From positions 186,372,001 through 186,436,000 of the forward strand of contig OX597814.1 of assembly GCA_951406725.2 (NCBI GenBank): a stretch of DNA of 64,000 bases, in the 5' to 3' direction. The notes under the pieces were generated by a model. It did no database searches and was not told the origin of the DNA. It saw nothing but the letters and a program-made list of their open reading frames with translations. Below are positions 13,921-27,615 of the stretch, piece after piece. Position numbers and translations under genes: made by a program. This stretch comes from Octopus vulgaris. Taxonomy: Eukaryota. Position 1 is the stretch's first letter. The number at the start of each line of letters is the position of its first letter.

Positions 13921-14195
13921 CTCTCTCTCTCTCTATCTATCTATATATATATATATATATGTGTGTGTGTATGTGTATTATATATATGTATACTGCATAT
14001 ATGTGTGTCTGCATGTGTATATATATGCATGTGTATGTGTGTATTATATATATGTATACTGCATATATGTGTGTCTGCATGTGTATATATATGCATGTGT
14101 ATGTGTGTTTTATATATATGTATACTGCATATATGTGTATCTGCATGTGTATGTATATACATGTATGCATGTGTATATATTTTATACATACACAT
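13921..14195. repeat. Microsatellite-derived minisatellite, about 3 copies of a 66-bp unit
   Basis: The marker tactgcat recurs at 13991, 14057 and 14123 (66-bp period). Confidence 0.9.
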
Positions 14196-16621
14196 ATTAA
14201 ATAGAAGCTAATGAAGATGAAATTTTCTGTTATTTTTCTCTGTATTCATTAATTTGTATTGAACAGTTAGATTAAATTATAGCCTTTGCCAGATATAAAA
14301 CTATATGCAAGTGTTCCTTGCTTGCGCTTGTAACTTCCATTTCTTTTAGGCTAATATTTTGGCTTCCCTGCTGAGATTCAGAAGGTTTGCAGGCAATTGA
14401 AAATATAATTGAATTTTTCAGACTATGCTCTGGTTCCTGTGCCAGATGATGAAATCTTTGTCAGCAAACCTAAAATGTTTTCGTTAATTAAAATACTCCA
14501 ACTGAATAAAATGGGTTAGGAATTGTATTCTTTTTTTTATGCTTCATTAATTTTAATTTTATTCTCAAGATAGCTTCATAAATGGTCACTTGAAACATGA
14601 ATAAATTAAATATATTGAGTAAAATCAATTCTGAAGCTGTGTATTCTTGTATATTCAGAAATTATAAAAACAATGAGAAAAAGGGTAACTATATATTTAG
14701 AAATCATTTAAAGAAATTGATTTAACATTCCAAAGAGGAGAAGTAAAACAAAAGCAAATGCATTCTGTTCCACTCTGCTAATGTTTCTTTATACACTGAG
14801 ATACATACACAAATCCATACGTATAAAGTAGTTCCTTCAATCTCCTGCATCATATTTGTTGTTGTTCTTCTTTTGCTTCTTCTTCTTTTTATTATTATTA
14901 TTATTGGGCAGTAAACAGTTAGGCACAAAGATGACAGTTTTAACGAAATCTTTAAAGTATGGAGGAAGGTTGGGGAGAGAAAAAAAAAATCAATATTTCC
15001 CCTAATTAAGAAAGGATTGTAAGCAATTTAATCAATAGCAAGGAAGAATGCAGTTGAATTCCATCTCCTTTCTTTCCAGAAAAATGAGAAAAAAAATAAG
15101 GTTTCTTGTACATTTGCTACTTTTGCTTTCTTTGTATCATATTCTTTCTCTCACTTGGAATTTCCTTGGACAAAGAGAAAGTAATAACATTAAATTGACA
15201 AAGATTTTCTATAGTCATAGAGGCTTAAGCAATTCTGAACTGAAAGTTAAATTTGATTAAGGAATGAAAAAACAGAAAAAAAGAGGATTTATTTTTGTTT
15301 CTTTTCATTCCTAGCTTTTTTAAAAATATTTTTACTTGCTTCCTGACTTGATTGTATAGGAATATTCTAAAACTGAATTAAAATTACGCAAAGGGTAAAT
15401 TCTTAGGTGATTAAAAGTGGCATGTAGTTTTGTTTGTGTAGCTAGTTTTCATCATACTGCTAATGATAATAACTTAAAGTTGATAAACCCCCATCAAACT
15501 TGGAAAACTAGAATGAATCTATTAAGATGTGATTGATTTTTCTTAGTAGCATATCAAATTATGAGAATTGTATTGTAGTTGTGCAGAGTACTGAAATACC
15601 ATGTTGATGACCAGGATGTCAAAAAGTTAAGCTGTTGTCTTCTTTATATATGTCAGCCAACTATCTGATAAATTAAGTGAACACTGGGACACTATTTCTT
15701 TATATTATTGACAGAAAAACACATTAAAATTAAATCTGCATTCAGTGATGCTAGTTATTGAAAATTCAATTCAATACAGAAAAATACTAGCTCTTTGTAT
15801 AGTTTGTTGAATAAATTGCTATAATGATAATGATATGAAAAATGTTTTGAAAATATGAATCATTTCTATGAAACTGCAAATAATTACTTTAATTTTAGGT
15901 AATACTTTAGCTGATTGTACATTATTAGATTTCAATATCATTATATTTATTAGAGCCAAGGTTTAATTGACTTGTTCCAAGATCAACAAACAATCAACCA
16001 CAACTATTTTAATGACTGTAAAGGATGAGAATAAAACAGAGGTAGTCAGAGGTAAGGGGGAAAAAAAAGAGAGGATTTTTTAAGTAAATCTTAGAATTAA
16101 AGAGGAAAAAAACTACAAAATTGCCATATTAAAGCCTTAGTATTGAAAGAACACAGTAAGGGGAGTTATGTCAATTTTGAATTTAAAACTTCACATCTTT
16201 TTAGAATTTTCCATATTCTCTACTATGTGTGTACGCATGTGTCATACAGTCAAACACATAAATTTACAGATGTACACCGTGCATGCACACGCACTCCATT
16301 GGTTTTAATGATGAGTATTCCAATTGTTTGATCAACTGGACTACTTACTTAGTGAATTATAGTGCAAATGGCTAAGGATTCCACTGACTCTTAGACCCTT
16401 AACACAATCCTCAGATTCAGCATGTTACTGTGTGAGAAGGCTGACCTTTTGATTTTCAGGCACAGTTCATTTGACAAGCTTCCACACAGTTTGGGTCTAC
16501 ACCATTTCACTAACAAAACTTGAGCTGTCACAAGGCAATGATAGAGGATAATTGTCAAAGATGTCATATGACAGAGTTTAACTCAAGGCATCTAGATAAT
16601 GATGTAAATTTCTTCATCAAC

Positions 16622-16653
<32 letters not shown>

Positions 16654-18243
16654 TATATATATTGTACTGTTTTTATACCAATGACCAGTTAGATGTATCT
16701 TTACTTCCATCTATTTTTAAAATTCCAAGACTATTTGCTTTTAGTTAAAGAATGTTGTTTGCTACCTTCTAATATTTAAATTATGAAGGAAGTCGAATCT
16801 TAAAAGTCTAGAAATGAATGCATGTAAAGTATGTGAGTATTGCTTTAGGCTAACCAGTTAAAAATATCTTTAGGTTCAAATCCCATCAGTTTTGGCTTTG
16901 CCGTTTTCTCACTGTTAGGTCAATAAAATAAGCACTAGAAATAAGATCAATTTGATTGTCTTTATTCCTTCCCTGCAATTTTTTTGATCTTGTGCCAAAG
17001 TTAGGAATCAATATTTAACCTATAATATAGATGCTAATGTTGAATTCAAATAACAAGTATAGATTGAAAGAATCTTATTTAAGAGCAATTCTTGTGATAA
17101 TAGGGATATTTTTTTTTTAGATACATCTGAAATTCTTTGAAAAACCGATATTGATGTATTGCTGTATGAGAAACTTATCAACATTGATTCCAGTAGAAAG
17201 GATAATGAACTGACTGAGAAATAACCTTTTTAATGATTATGCAACTTCTATGAAGACTAATTTATGAAACTGAACCTGGAAGCTTGTTTATTTTTTTTTT
17301 TTTGTTCCTATTGTTAACAGTATTTTATAGAATATTGTTCCTATATGAAATTATGGAAAATAGTAGAATGCTTCATATTGATTTCTTTTACATTTACATC
17401 CTATTTATGAAACCATATGACATTTTTTCTATGAAAATGTCATATTTATAATTAAAATATATTTTTATCAATTATAAATCATTTCAAGATTCAAACGTGG
17501 TGTTTAAACTAGTTCACTAAAAATGCTATATACAGTATGAACATTTTGCAACTTCTTTCCATTGTGTTTTATACTTCTTTGAGAATATTATTCATTAATG
17601 ATCTCCTGGCAAGAGAGTTGCCAAGCAGCCTTGTTATAACTTCCACTCTGTTACAAATGTAAAATTAAAAATTTTTCGAAACATTTAAATACTGGTAACA
17701 ATGATTGAACTTCATAACTTAATGTTTCTTTCTTACTTTTATACTTTTCTTAACTCTTAAAGGGGAACATAACATAGAAGATCAGGTGGGTGGGGAATAG
17801 GAACACCAAAGGAAATCTAATAGGTACAGGGTACTAATGTAGATAGTTTTGGGTTTCAAATCTATCACATTTACATCACATTTATTCTAATCTGCTAATC
17901 TGCATCAATGGATTCTTCAGATATCCTATTACTTTCATTTTGCTGTGTCTCTAAGATTCTGTCAATTTGCCTCCCCTCTTTCTTTTGATTTACAATTTCC
18001 TCATTGTGATAAACAATTCCATCCCATCAGTTCTCAAACTTTCTTCTTTACCAACAGATGTAGACACTGTTTTGAAGTTTTCTACTAACTTAGTTATTAG
18101 ATGTTCAGTGGCAAGTGGGGGTCCATATCTTCAAGCCGGACATACTCCTCCCCTCTACTCCAAGCTCCCCTATCTGGTGATAAACATCTTTATTACTGTG
18201 TTTCCCTTGACTCTTATTAAATGCTATGTAAACTAATTTAAAG

Positions 18244-18278
<35 letters not shown>

Positions 18279-19236
18279 AATACAAATTTTTGAGACCTTT
18301 CTTCCTTGGAATTTATCAATATTTATCAAGGAATTCATACTCCAGCAATATTTGATTTAGTGTCCCTTTTAGTTAGTTTCTCTAACCTTTAACCCCTCTG
18401 CCATGCAATTTCTTTTATGCTTGGTAGAGGCAGTTCTTGCTTCCTATCAAAGCAATTAGAATAAATATTCTTCATGGTTCTCAATTCCATTTCCATTGCT
18501 TGATATCCAAATTGCTCTCCAGCCCACTTCTAAAAGATTTATTTTTATTTTTTTGTTTTCCATGCCATGCATTTTCTTCTTAATAGCCACTTTTAAGTCT
18601 TGCTACTTTAATAGAAGTAAAGTTGTTGGCCATTGCTAGATATTTTTTCATCCTTTAACTTCCACATGGTAATGACTGTTTTGGGCAGTGAGTTCATATT
18701 ATTCTCTCTCTTTCCTCCCACTCTCATTCACCTCAAAGCATTTCTATCTTATCCTTTCCACTTAGTTGACTTTAGGAGGCTAAAAACCCATCCTTGAGAT
18801 GTCTGTTTTCGTTTACCTAAGTTTACAGATTCATGGGAATATATTATTGGCTTACTTTACCAAACAATATATAAAATATATATTTATATAAACCAGCTTT
18901 CCCCATTCTTTTTACTCTGAGGTACCTTTGAAATACATTCCATGTGTGGGGGACTCCTTAATTAAAAATTATTATATATCTTTATAAACCTTCTTTTCAT
19001 GAAATTAAATTTCATAACATGTTAAACAAATTGTAAAACTGTCTTTGGGAGGTTTGATGATTTAAAATCCAGCAAATGTCACAAAGAAGGTTTGAGAAAT
19101 TTCATATCAACTAAGACCTTGCTTAAGAATAAATTTCGCAACAATTCCCTATTAAGGGATCATTTTCCTGTAGTCTCCTTACTACCTAAAGATGCCAAGA
19201 TTTCCCTACTTTAGGGAATATACCATGCATCGTTTA

Positions 19237-19550
19237 TCTTTCACTTGTTTCAGTTATTGGAATGTGGCCATGCTGAGATACCACTTTGAAGTGTTTTAGT
19301 CAAACGAATTGACCTGAGTATATTTTCTTTGTTTTAAGCCTGACACTTATTCTGTTGATCTCTTATGCTGGGCTAAGTTACAGGGATGAAAAGAAATCAA
19401 CACTGGTTGGTGGGGATAAATATATGTGTTTGTGTGTCAGGCTTCTTTCAGTTTCTTTCTACCAAATCCACTCATTAGGCTTTGGTTGGACCAGGGCTAT
19501 AGAAGACAATTATCCCAGGTACCATGCAGTGGGACTGAACTTGGAATCAC
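19237..19550 (-). mobile_element. Degenerate SINE related to family 2
   Basis: cttgtttcagttattggaatgtggccatgctg and gcttctttcagtttc..taccaaatccactca match the 32341 copy. Confidence 0.7.
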
Positions 19551-19967
19551 ATAATTAATATAGAATTTAGCACAAAAGCAACTCAGAAAGGTATTTTCAT
19601 GTAATTAGCCCTTATTACTCTTTCACAGGACCCTGGTTAAGAAACATTAATGTAAATAAACTTACTTGGTTTCTCTGAAGAATTTTTTTTTTTGTTAGTT
19701 GGTCTCAAGGTAAAGAAACCACATGATCAATGACTGTAAGATTGTCATTAGAATGTTCCTTAGTTCAGGAATAGCCAAGCCAGGCATGTGCATTGAGATT
19801 TGAACCCACAATTTTTATTCTAGTATTCTATGATTGCTCTTAAAAAAATATGTGCCTGTCAAGACATAAACTCATTACAATTTTGTTTTACACCTCTACT
19901 TTTATCTATATTTTTATTTTAAAATTTTCTATTTTCAACATTTGTTTCTTTTTTTCTGTTTTTTCAG

Positions 19968-20109
19968 AATTCGCACAGAGAAGAATGGTGGAGCTTGGTG
20001 TCCAAAAAATGTAATCACTAAGGATACATATGAATATTTACAAATTAACTTAGGAGAATTATATGTCATTACAGATGTTGAAACTCAGGGCAGATTTGGA
20101 AATGGCAAA
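19968..20109 (+). CDS. DDR: DDR-like RTK, second discoidin-domain exon (142 nt, phase 2 in, phase 0 out)
   Basis: Long polypyrimidine tract plus cag ends at 19967, donor gtaaga at 20110. Translates (R)IRTEKNGGAWCPKNVITKDTYEYLQINLGELYVITDVETQGRFGNGK, with the GAWCP, YLQI and TQGR hallmarks. CG+A across the junction restores Arg. Confidence 0.95.
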
Positions 20110-22094
20110 GTAAGAATTAGTTTTATTTGTCCACTTTTTTTTTTTATATTTGAAGCAAATGTTCATTCTTATTCTATTTGAAAAATGAATTGCTAAACAC
20201 AATCTTTTGAAAATCTAACATAGTGTGATACAGGTTCAGATTTAGTACAGGTAATTTCTCATTTTTGAAATTTTTGATTATTGAAAGAGTAATTGGGGAA
20301 TTTTTTAAACGTAGGATAAAGGACTTGCTTAAAAGCATTGAAATCATCATCGTCATCATCATTCTATGTCCATGTTCCTTGCTGGTATAGATTGGATGGT
20401 TTGACTGGATCCAAGGACTGCATCATGCTTCAATGCCTGCTTTGTCATGGTTTCTATGGCTGGATGCCCTTCTTAACGCCAACCTCTTTACAGAATCATT
20501 CAAATATCAGACAAAATGCTTTGAAGTACTTCAAGCTCTTTACATTTGAGTTCAAATCCTCACATGATTAACTTTACATTTCATCCTTCTGAGGTCAATA
20601 AAAGTACCACTCACATACTGGGTTTGGTTTAACCAATTAATTCTTCCCTTGTACCTTCGTTAGAAATTATTATTTGATGTGTTTTACTATGCTAGCATAG
20701 TAAAACAGACATGCAGTTATCAAGCACTCATCACAGTCCTTCATCATTTAACACACCCAGCAATAAAGATCATCAGTTCACCTTTATTGTGTTTGTCATG
20801 TTTTTAGCTTGTCATTTTTATGGCAGGCTATCCTTCCCCTTGATAAACACTTCAGAGCCTGATCTGGACATATTTTATTGTGCTACCAGCACAAGAGAGG
20901 ACGTAGGTGGTGATACTTGAGAGTTTTCTTGAAATTGTATCAATGTTTTTATTCCAAATATCTGTTCTCCTTGGACAGGTTACCTGCACTGAGGCTTAAT
21001 TTATTTAAACTTTTGTCACTCTTACAATTTTTTTTTTTTTCCAGAATATTATATAGTAGGTATTTTGAACATGTTAGATTTTTAAGGTCATCCTAGAGCA
21101 GAGCCTAAAAAAAACATTGCTTAGTCATCACTTGCGAGTGAGTATGACCTGGTAGTGTGTATCTTGCTTTCACTAATTGTTTTAGTGCTTGTGTACTTGT
21201 GAGCAGAGATAAACACCCTCTCGCCCTTCCCAGCCATGTCTCAGTGGAATATCAATGATGTGATAACTGGAGAGAGGGATCTGCAACAGCAATTAGCTGG
21301 TGCTCATTTTCAACTGAGTAAATTGAAGCAGTGTGAAGTAATAAGACTTGCTCAAGGATGCAATGTGCTGCTCAGTCCAGAAATTGAACCCATGACTTTA
21401 TAGTTGTGAGCCTGACTCCCTGGCCACACACCTTCATCATAAAAAAAAACAAGACTAAAAAAAGAATAACATCATGGTAACTTCTGTCTTTGTCATGTGA
21501 TACAAAGTGTCATCTCAGTCTCTCTCTCTCTCTGTTGTGGCATTTCTCATTTATTTCTCTTCTAATTATGTACTCTCTCTCTCTCTCTCTCACTAACATA
21601 CACACACACACAAATATATATAAACTATGTTAGTATGCAGTTTACTGTTGGAGTCATCAGCTAGGTTCATCAACATCAGATGTTTTATCCCTTAACATAA
21701 AACATCTTTAAGATAGTAGAACAGCAGAAGGTGATCAGCCACCCATCTACAACAGTTAGGTCTCCAGCTACTGTCATATTTATTGCTGACTGGATATTCT
21801 TTTTGCTGCTGTTATATTATTGCTATCTTCCTTTCCCTTCCTTTCTGAAGCAGCCATTGTCTTCAAGGTTTGTGACTAATTCTTTCATCCTAACTTTCTA
21901 CTGGAAATCTTCTTGGAATCTAGTCTCCCATGAAATAGTTAACTTCAGCATTACCAGCTTCATGCTGCTGGACTGTAGCAGGATATTTTATCTACATTGC
22001 TGGTTCTCAACCGGGGTCCGGGCCACGTAACAAAATAGAAAGTTGGGGATCCACAAATAGTATTTTAAGGGCCCCTGAAAAAAATTTTGCTTTA

Positions 22095-22520
22095 GGTGCA
22101 GGATTGGCTGTGTGGTAAGTAGCTTGCTTACCAACCACATGGTTCCAGGTTCAGTCCCACTGTGTGGCATCTTGGGCAAGTGTCTTCTGCTATAGCCTCG
22201 GGCCGACCAATGCCTTGTGAGTGGATTTGGTAGACGGAAACTGAAAGAAGCCTGTCGTATATATGTGTGTATATATATATATATTTATATATATATATAT
22301 ATGTGTATATATATATATATATGTATGTATGTGTGTGTATATGTTTGTGTGTCTGTGTTTGTCCCTCTAGCATTGCTTGACAACTGATGCTGGTGTGTTT
22401 ACATCCCCGTCACTTAGCGGTTCGGCAAAAGAGACCGATAGAATAAGTACTGGGCTTACAAAGAATAAGGTGGTGCTCCAGCATGGCCACAGTCAAATGA
22501 CTGAAACAAGTAAAAGAGAG
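22095..22520 (+). mobile_element. SINE family 2 (internal TA/TG microsatellite, AAAGAG tail) inserted in a hAT MITE
   Basis: Runs from ggtgcaggattggctgtgtggtaag to gactgaaacaagtaaaagag; very similar to the 32341 and 39980 copies. Confidence 0.9.
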
Positions 22521-22658
22521 TAGATATATGTATTGGTATGTATTGCAAGAAACAGCTAAGTTTCTTTCTCTAACAGTTTACATAATTCAAACTACACAAA
22601 TTAATGTGTGGAAAACAGAATAGGAATTTTGAAAGAAGTTTCTATAAAACTAATTTTT

Positions 22659-22888
22659 TTACCCCTTCAGCATTCAGATTTCTTAGTCAAATTGTATTGC
22701 TTATTTATTCACATTGATATGAATTAGTCATGCATTATCTTGTAGCTTTGAGATTTCCATGATGTGATTATTTATTTTTAGAATAATATTGTAAGGTAAG
22801 TGTGGGAGCCCAGATCTGGTTAGTTTCAAGATGAGAACCGGTAGAATATTTTGGCCAGGTATGCCTGGTTCAAATGCTAAAGGGTTAA
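22659..22888. mobile_element. TTAA MITE family A inserted in a hAT MITE
   Basis: ccccttcagcattcag...tgctaaagggttaa; opposite orientation to the 46401 copy. Confidence 0.8.
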
Positions 22889-23203
22889 ATGTCAAATAGC
22901 TATGGTGGTCTACCAGAATAAAATAGTAATCAAAGGGGTCCATAGGTAAAAACCGGTTGAGAACCCTTGATCTGTATGTATTCCTTATTGTTAGAAGCTT
23001 ATGCTAAGGATGGCACTTCTCTGCTGGTTTTTCACATCACAGTACTCTCTACTTTCATTTTCTTCTGTCTGATTTAATACTTTTAGAACCTGGTCATGTT
23101 TCTCCATTTATTTCACTTTTGAGTTCAAGAAAACTGGGACACATAAAGAATAGACTCTAGATTGGCTGGTTTCTGGTGTATGTAACATTTTCAACCTCAT
23201 TAC

Positions 23204-23438
23204 CTATTTCTTTATTACCCACAAGGGGTTAAACATAGAGGGGACAAACAAGAACACACATAGGTATTAAGTCAATTACATCGACCCCAGTGCGGAACTG
23301 GTATTTAATTTATCGACCCCGAAAGGATGAAAGGCAAAGTCAACCTCAGCGGAATTTGAACTCACAACGTAACGACAGACGAAATACCGCTAAGCATTTT
23401 GCCCGGCGTGCTAACGTTTCTGCCAGCTCGTCAACCTT
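23204..23438 (-). mobile_element. SINE family 1, full length
   Basis: Reverse-complement match to 10215-10451 along its length. Confidence 0.9.
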
Positions 23439-26364
23439 AACTGGAACTAAAACTAGAATGAAGTATATTTCCAAATTTCATTTTAAGATAGCTTACTCTG
23501 CCCTTATGCCCCACTTGTGTGAGGGATATTTACATACACACACACACATACACATGTACTGCACACACACTCTTTTATTCATGATCAAATAACAAAGGCA
23601 GTTATAATAAAGACAAATTGTTAAATACCAACATCAACAATAAAATGAAGAAAGCTACACTTGATATCAAAATATTAATAAAAATTTAGAAAGCATTATT
23701 GGTCCATAATAAGAGTTGAGAATCCAGTAAATATTTTTGCATAATACACAACACTTTTACTGTGGTGTTACTGTTAATATAACATTACATTCTAAAAGCT
23801 AATTCTACAAACTATTCTCTATTAAACTTCTCAAGTAGGTTTTACTAATTTATATTACTTAAAAAGAATATGTAAATTAAATAATAATCCATTAAATCAA
23901 TCTAACCGTTCTTCCATGGAAGCCATTTATATGAAAGAATAATGTTGTACATGAAATATCTTTATTAAATATTCATTAAGCTTACATTTTTTCTTTTAAA
24001 ATTATTGTTCATTCATTATTGAGTTTCATTACATTTAAATTGATAGTTGTTGCTATCAATGTGTCCTTTTTTAAGTTGGTAGGTATGATTTGAAAGAGCT
24101 ATGCCAACTATTTCTAGTAGGTCAGGTAAGAATACAAAGGCTGCCTTGTTGGCTTCCTTAGAATAGGTATGGCATCATTAGAATAGGTGAATTTATCAGT
24201 CTGTTACCTCACTTATAATCAGATGTATAGTAGAGATAGTTGATTCAGGGAATGTTTAAAATCCTGTTATGCTATTCCATTTTTTTTTTTTTTTTTTGTG
24301 TTAATGAAATCAAATACTAATATTTCACTAACCCATATTATAAATCCACTCTAGATATTAGATAATTCAGAGATATAATATATATAGGTAGGGTTGAATT
24401 ATTATGACTGGTTAAGTTTACAGCAATGTTTACACAAAGTATAAATAGTGGCAGTTTTATATATCAATTGAAACTTTGCCAATAATCTTTTGTAACAATA
24501 CTGCTACAGTGTGCGGTAGTGAAATATGGTAGATTTAGGAAAGTGGTTTGTTTCTTTCAACTAAATCAAGCACAAATTATTATGTTGGCAAGTTGTTTGC
24601 CTCACATAAAACATTTTGTATTTTTCTATTTAAAATTGAAAACAAACATGGTTTTACATGTTAAAAATGCTAATTTGGTGGTCTCTCTGTATTTTGCCTG
24701 GTGATTTCTTGGATTCACATCAATTTCTATTTGTGCCTAACATTATTATTGCTGTAACCATGGCTAAAAACCGGAATTGGTTAAAAAAAAGGGGTCTCTT
24801 GTGAATTTATGCTTCAACCTTGATCTTTAATAATAGTGATTTTTTTATTTGTTTGTTTGCATTGCTTCCATGTTGCTATGTTATTTTAAATCTCTCTGCC
24901 CTCTACTCTCTCAGTCTGCTATTAGTCATCATCCATGAACTGGGAAATCTTTCTATATTGTACAAATAATTGGATTTTCCAACTTGTTTCCATTGATATT
25001 AACCAGTTGTCACATAAACATTTTCTGATTAAAATCTTTCCTTCCATTAAATGGAAATGCCAGCAAAATATGAGATGGATGGTTGGTTAATTTTATTTTT
25101 GTTTTGTTTTACAACTTCATTAATTGAATTAATTTTTCAAAAATATATGAAGTGGGGAAAAAAATATTTTAACAAAATCTATAGCTTTTCAAAAGGAAAT
25201 ATTGTTTTTTTGTTAAATATTTTTATCCTACATATTTGTGTACAACTTTTGTTTTATTTTTATAATCATTGTAATATTTGTTTCTAATTTAATTATTTGA
25301 GCAATTAAAATACAGAAGGAATGTGGATTATTCTAACAACCATTATTACTACCAGCTTTTATTGATCCCTGCAATTTTTTGCAACTGACGTCAGAAAGTC
25401 AGAAAGGTAGAGGTCACTGAAATTCAATGCCCAGTTGATAAAAGTTGATGGCATTTATTTTATTACAAAATAGTGAAATTTTTTTGAATTTCTCAGGTCT
25501 TCATAAGCTTGTTGTATATCATTATAAATGTATGTATGAGTATGTTTGATTGCACATGCTTGTGTGTGTGTGAAATGTATGCAAATATATATTTTTGCAT
25601 CTGCACATTTGTTTTTGAGTGTAAGAAAGGCTAATTATCAACTATGGATGAAATTAACTGTGAGCATTGCTAACATCTAATTAATTTGTCAAAATGGTGA
25701 CCCAAACCTCAATCTTTCAACAAATGTTAAATTTTTTCATTTGCAATTCTTTCTTTTTAGAAATCAAAAAAACAAATACTAAGCCCTAGAAAATTCATTT
25801 GAAATCTTAAGTTTAAAAACTAGGAGCAAATGATTTTATTTTCCTGAGTGCATCCTCATTTCAGAAATGTTCACAATTATACATTTTATTGTAAACATTC
25901 ATTCTTAGGTAAGCGCCAAACATTTTACATAGAACTGGCTATGTTGTGTAATTTGTTTCTAAAGGGATATGGGAATCTGGAAAATTAATATACACAGATA
26001 AGCATCAATTAAAATGAAAATATTATAAATAATTATTTAAGAACACTCAATCTAAACTTTTTGTGTGCAGGAATGAGTTATTATGCTAACAAAATACATA
26101 TATCAAATACTCTAGCTCTTTTTCAGTTTTGTCAGACTTGCTCTAAAAAATGCATAGTTATTAAATATAAAAATTATGAATAATTATATATAATAAATAT
26201 ATAATTGTACACAAAGTCTGTTTACAAAAATCACTCATCGTCAAATTGCAAATCAAAGGGATACAAGTTTTGTCTTTTAAGCTACAATATTTAAAAATAT
26301 CCTTAAGAAACACACTCAGGACAAAGGTCTGTTTGAAAACAAAGAGACATCTGCATTCTCCTGC

Positions 26365-27050
26365 TCAACAAATACTTTTACAGTGGCTTTTTGTGTGAAG
26401 AGCAAATGCTTTCTTGATGTTTTCCAGCTCAACAAGTGTAAAGGGCCCAGTGCCAACCAACTGGATAGGACCGCAGAAAAAGATTATTTGTATGACAAGT
26501 GTCAATATCATCCCTTTTGGGCCAGTTAAAGGTGTTGATACCAGCAACAATAGATCTATGAAAAAAATTGAACTTAATCATACAACCAGAGACATGTTCT
26601 AGGGCCCTGCAAATGTAGAACTGGCAAAGATAGTTTACAGCATAGTACTGCTCCACATGCACTGTGATACTGTTAGGAGAACCAGGCTCTACATTTTCCT
26701 CTGGAAGATCTTTATTGGCCCTTCTGGTTACTTTTCCAAAGTTTTGGGGGCTCTTGAATGCCTTGTTGTGCATCTCTTCTTCTTTATATCTTGCTGCTGG
26801 TTTTTTTCTTTTCAACTTGGACTCTTTTCTTCTTTCATTCTTTCTCTCTCAGTGCTCCTCTCTCTCTCAGACATGGTTGATTTTTTTCTCTGCATATTTC
26901 CTCCTCTTCCTGTCTCTGTCTTTTTTCGTTATGCTCTTCAAGTTTGATAGGATCACTTCTTATTTTCTTCCTGAACTTCTTCCTTCTTTCTGTACCAGAA
27001 GCCAGTGTTTCAACCAGAGTACTGACAAACACAAGTCAGCCATTTTGAAG
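26365..27050 (-). pseudogene. Decayed protein-coding remnant, probably an internally deleted DNA-transposon ORF
   Basis: Overlapping frameshifted ORFs give a K/R/E-rich N-terminus, FKSPQNFGKVTRRANKDLP, and then YYAV.Y..QFYI.R.L...FNWPKRDDID...IFFCGPIQLVGTGPFTL. Intronless. The family assignment is uncertain. Confidence 0.55.
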
Positions 27051-27615
27051 TAAGCACATGATCTTGCACTATCCCATAATGCAACAAATATGGTGAACTA
27101 GTGCCCATGCTCACAAAACAAGGAGTGAAAACTGGTGTCTTTTTTTTTTTACTTATCTTCAGATTTACACTTACTCATACGGCTGTTTAATTAGATTTTT
27201 AAAAGTTTGGGATTACAGTCACCATTAAAAATGTAGTTTTCCAACAGCCAGATATATATTAAATTGGGCTTTTGTTAGATCAATCTACATTTTTCAATCT
27301 ATAATACACACATAATATATACATATTTATACAAATATTGTAGTTTCAGAAGGATCATTTTGCAGGTTCAGAAAGTCACATCAGGTTTATTTTCATTGGA
27401 CTTTAACACACTTTTGAGTATTTATGATCTGCTAGTCTAGCTTGAAGTTTTAAATTTGCACCAGAATGAAATATATCATTGAAACTATTATAGCTACTAT
27501 CACCACTTTAGATAAGACTTGTTGGACTTCACACTTTTTCTGCAACAGACTTCCCCTCTGCAACGAAAAAATACTTATGTACCTTGGAGAGAACAAAAAA
27601 CATCTGCTTGTCAGT

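Larger units (their letters stand above)
21998..22969. mobile_element. hAT-like MITE carrying two independent insertions
   Basis: Ends tggttctcaacc / ggttgagaaccc. Removing 22095-22520 and about 22659-22888 restores the body of the intact copy at 59060-59387. Confidence 0.85.

Noticed and set aside
17760-18900. Higher-complexity block, possibly an old L1/Tx1-like relic
   Set aside because: No diagnostic motif recovered.
25386-25393. Perfect CRE palindrome TGACGTCA
   Set aside because: A single 8-mer in 64 kb is compatible with chance, and there is no supporting context.
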